Of a stretch of DNA of 64,000 bases, positions 63,416-64,000 are shown piece after piece. The stretch is taken from the NCBI RefSeq assembly GCF_044704955.1, contig NC_091992.1, forward strand, positions 123,132,001 to 123,196,000, given 5' to 3'. The stretch comes from Pristiophorus japonicus. Its lineage: Eukaryota. Both the position numbers and the translations under genes were made by a program. Numbering within the stretch: the first letter of the stretch is position 1; each line of letters begins with the position of its first letter. A model generated the notes under the pieces. It ran no database searches and had not been told where the DNA came from. It saw nothing but the letters and a program-made list of their open reading frames with translations.

Positions 63416-64000
63416 CCCCCCCTCCAGTTCTTGGCACAAGTCCATATTACAAGTTCAGATGGTCCAGAGCCCTTCGCTCCCTGGTTGACCGTCTCAGTAC
63501 AATCCCAGTGCTTTCCGAGTCTCTCACGACTTGGGGCTGGGTGTTGACCACAGTGGGTTCTTCTGATGGCTGGATGTGGGTTGGTTGGTTGTCTAAGCTC
63601 GCGGTGTCTTCTTCCAACTGTTCCGGTTCATCATTGTGTCTTAGCTTGATTTTATCAATGTGTTTCCTGCACATCTGCCCATTCTTGAGCTTCACCATAT
63701 ACACCCTGTTTCCCTCCTTATCCATAACATTACCTGGGAGCCACTTGGGCCCTTGACCATGGTTAAGTACATACACTGGGTCATTTACAAATATGTCGTG
63801 CGACACTGCGGCGTGGTCGTGATACCACTGCTGGCATTGACGTCGGGTTTTGACATGATCGTTAAGGTCAGGATGGACTAGCGAGAGCCTGGTTTTGAGG
63901 TCTCTCTTCTTCAATAGTTCCGCAGGCGGGACCACGGTGAGCGTGTGTGGCCTTGTCCTGTAACTGAGCAGTATGCATGACAAGCGTGTCTGCAAGGAAT
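63416..64000 (-). mobile_element. Gypsy (Mag/K02A2.6-like) integrase C-terminus and polypurine tract
   Basis: LLSYRTRPHTLT..PAELL, GPKWLPG, RKHIDKIK, LRRSTRERR; PPT ggagggggga. Confidence 0.88.

Overview
Repeat-dense vertebrate genomic DNA. The transposon repertoire (CR1 with esterase ORF1, L2, RTE, Tx1-like, Deu-type SINEs, Mag-like Gypsy) suggests a cartilaginous fish; this is inferred, not shown. Two host genes lie on the minus strand: a complete 4-exon BIRC5/survivin gene (CDS 42719->38293, 143 aa, exons 111/110/118/93 nt) and coding exon 1 of TMEM235 (15672->15492), whose first intron runs off the left end. Between them is an intronless, decayed HSP70 pseudogene broken into four pieces over about 15.5 kb by nested retroelements. 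Most remaining sequence is TE-derived. The main unexplained signals are: (1) a G_TTA_AAC slippery heptamer against the ORF1 stop, followed by four G-tracts, at all three CR1 ORF1/ORF2 junctions (candidate -1 ribosomal frameshift); (2) an old ~1.6-kb non-coding block duplicated in TMEM235 intron 1 and just 3' of BIRC5; (3) a perfect 40-bp inverted copy of part of that block at a CR1 3' junction; (4) a family of bipartite, internally deleted RTE derivatives. TE boundaries are approximate, and all alignments were done by eye.
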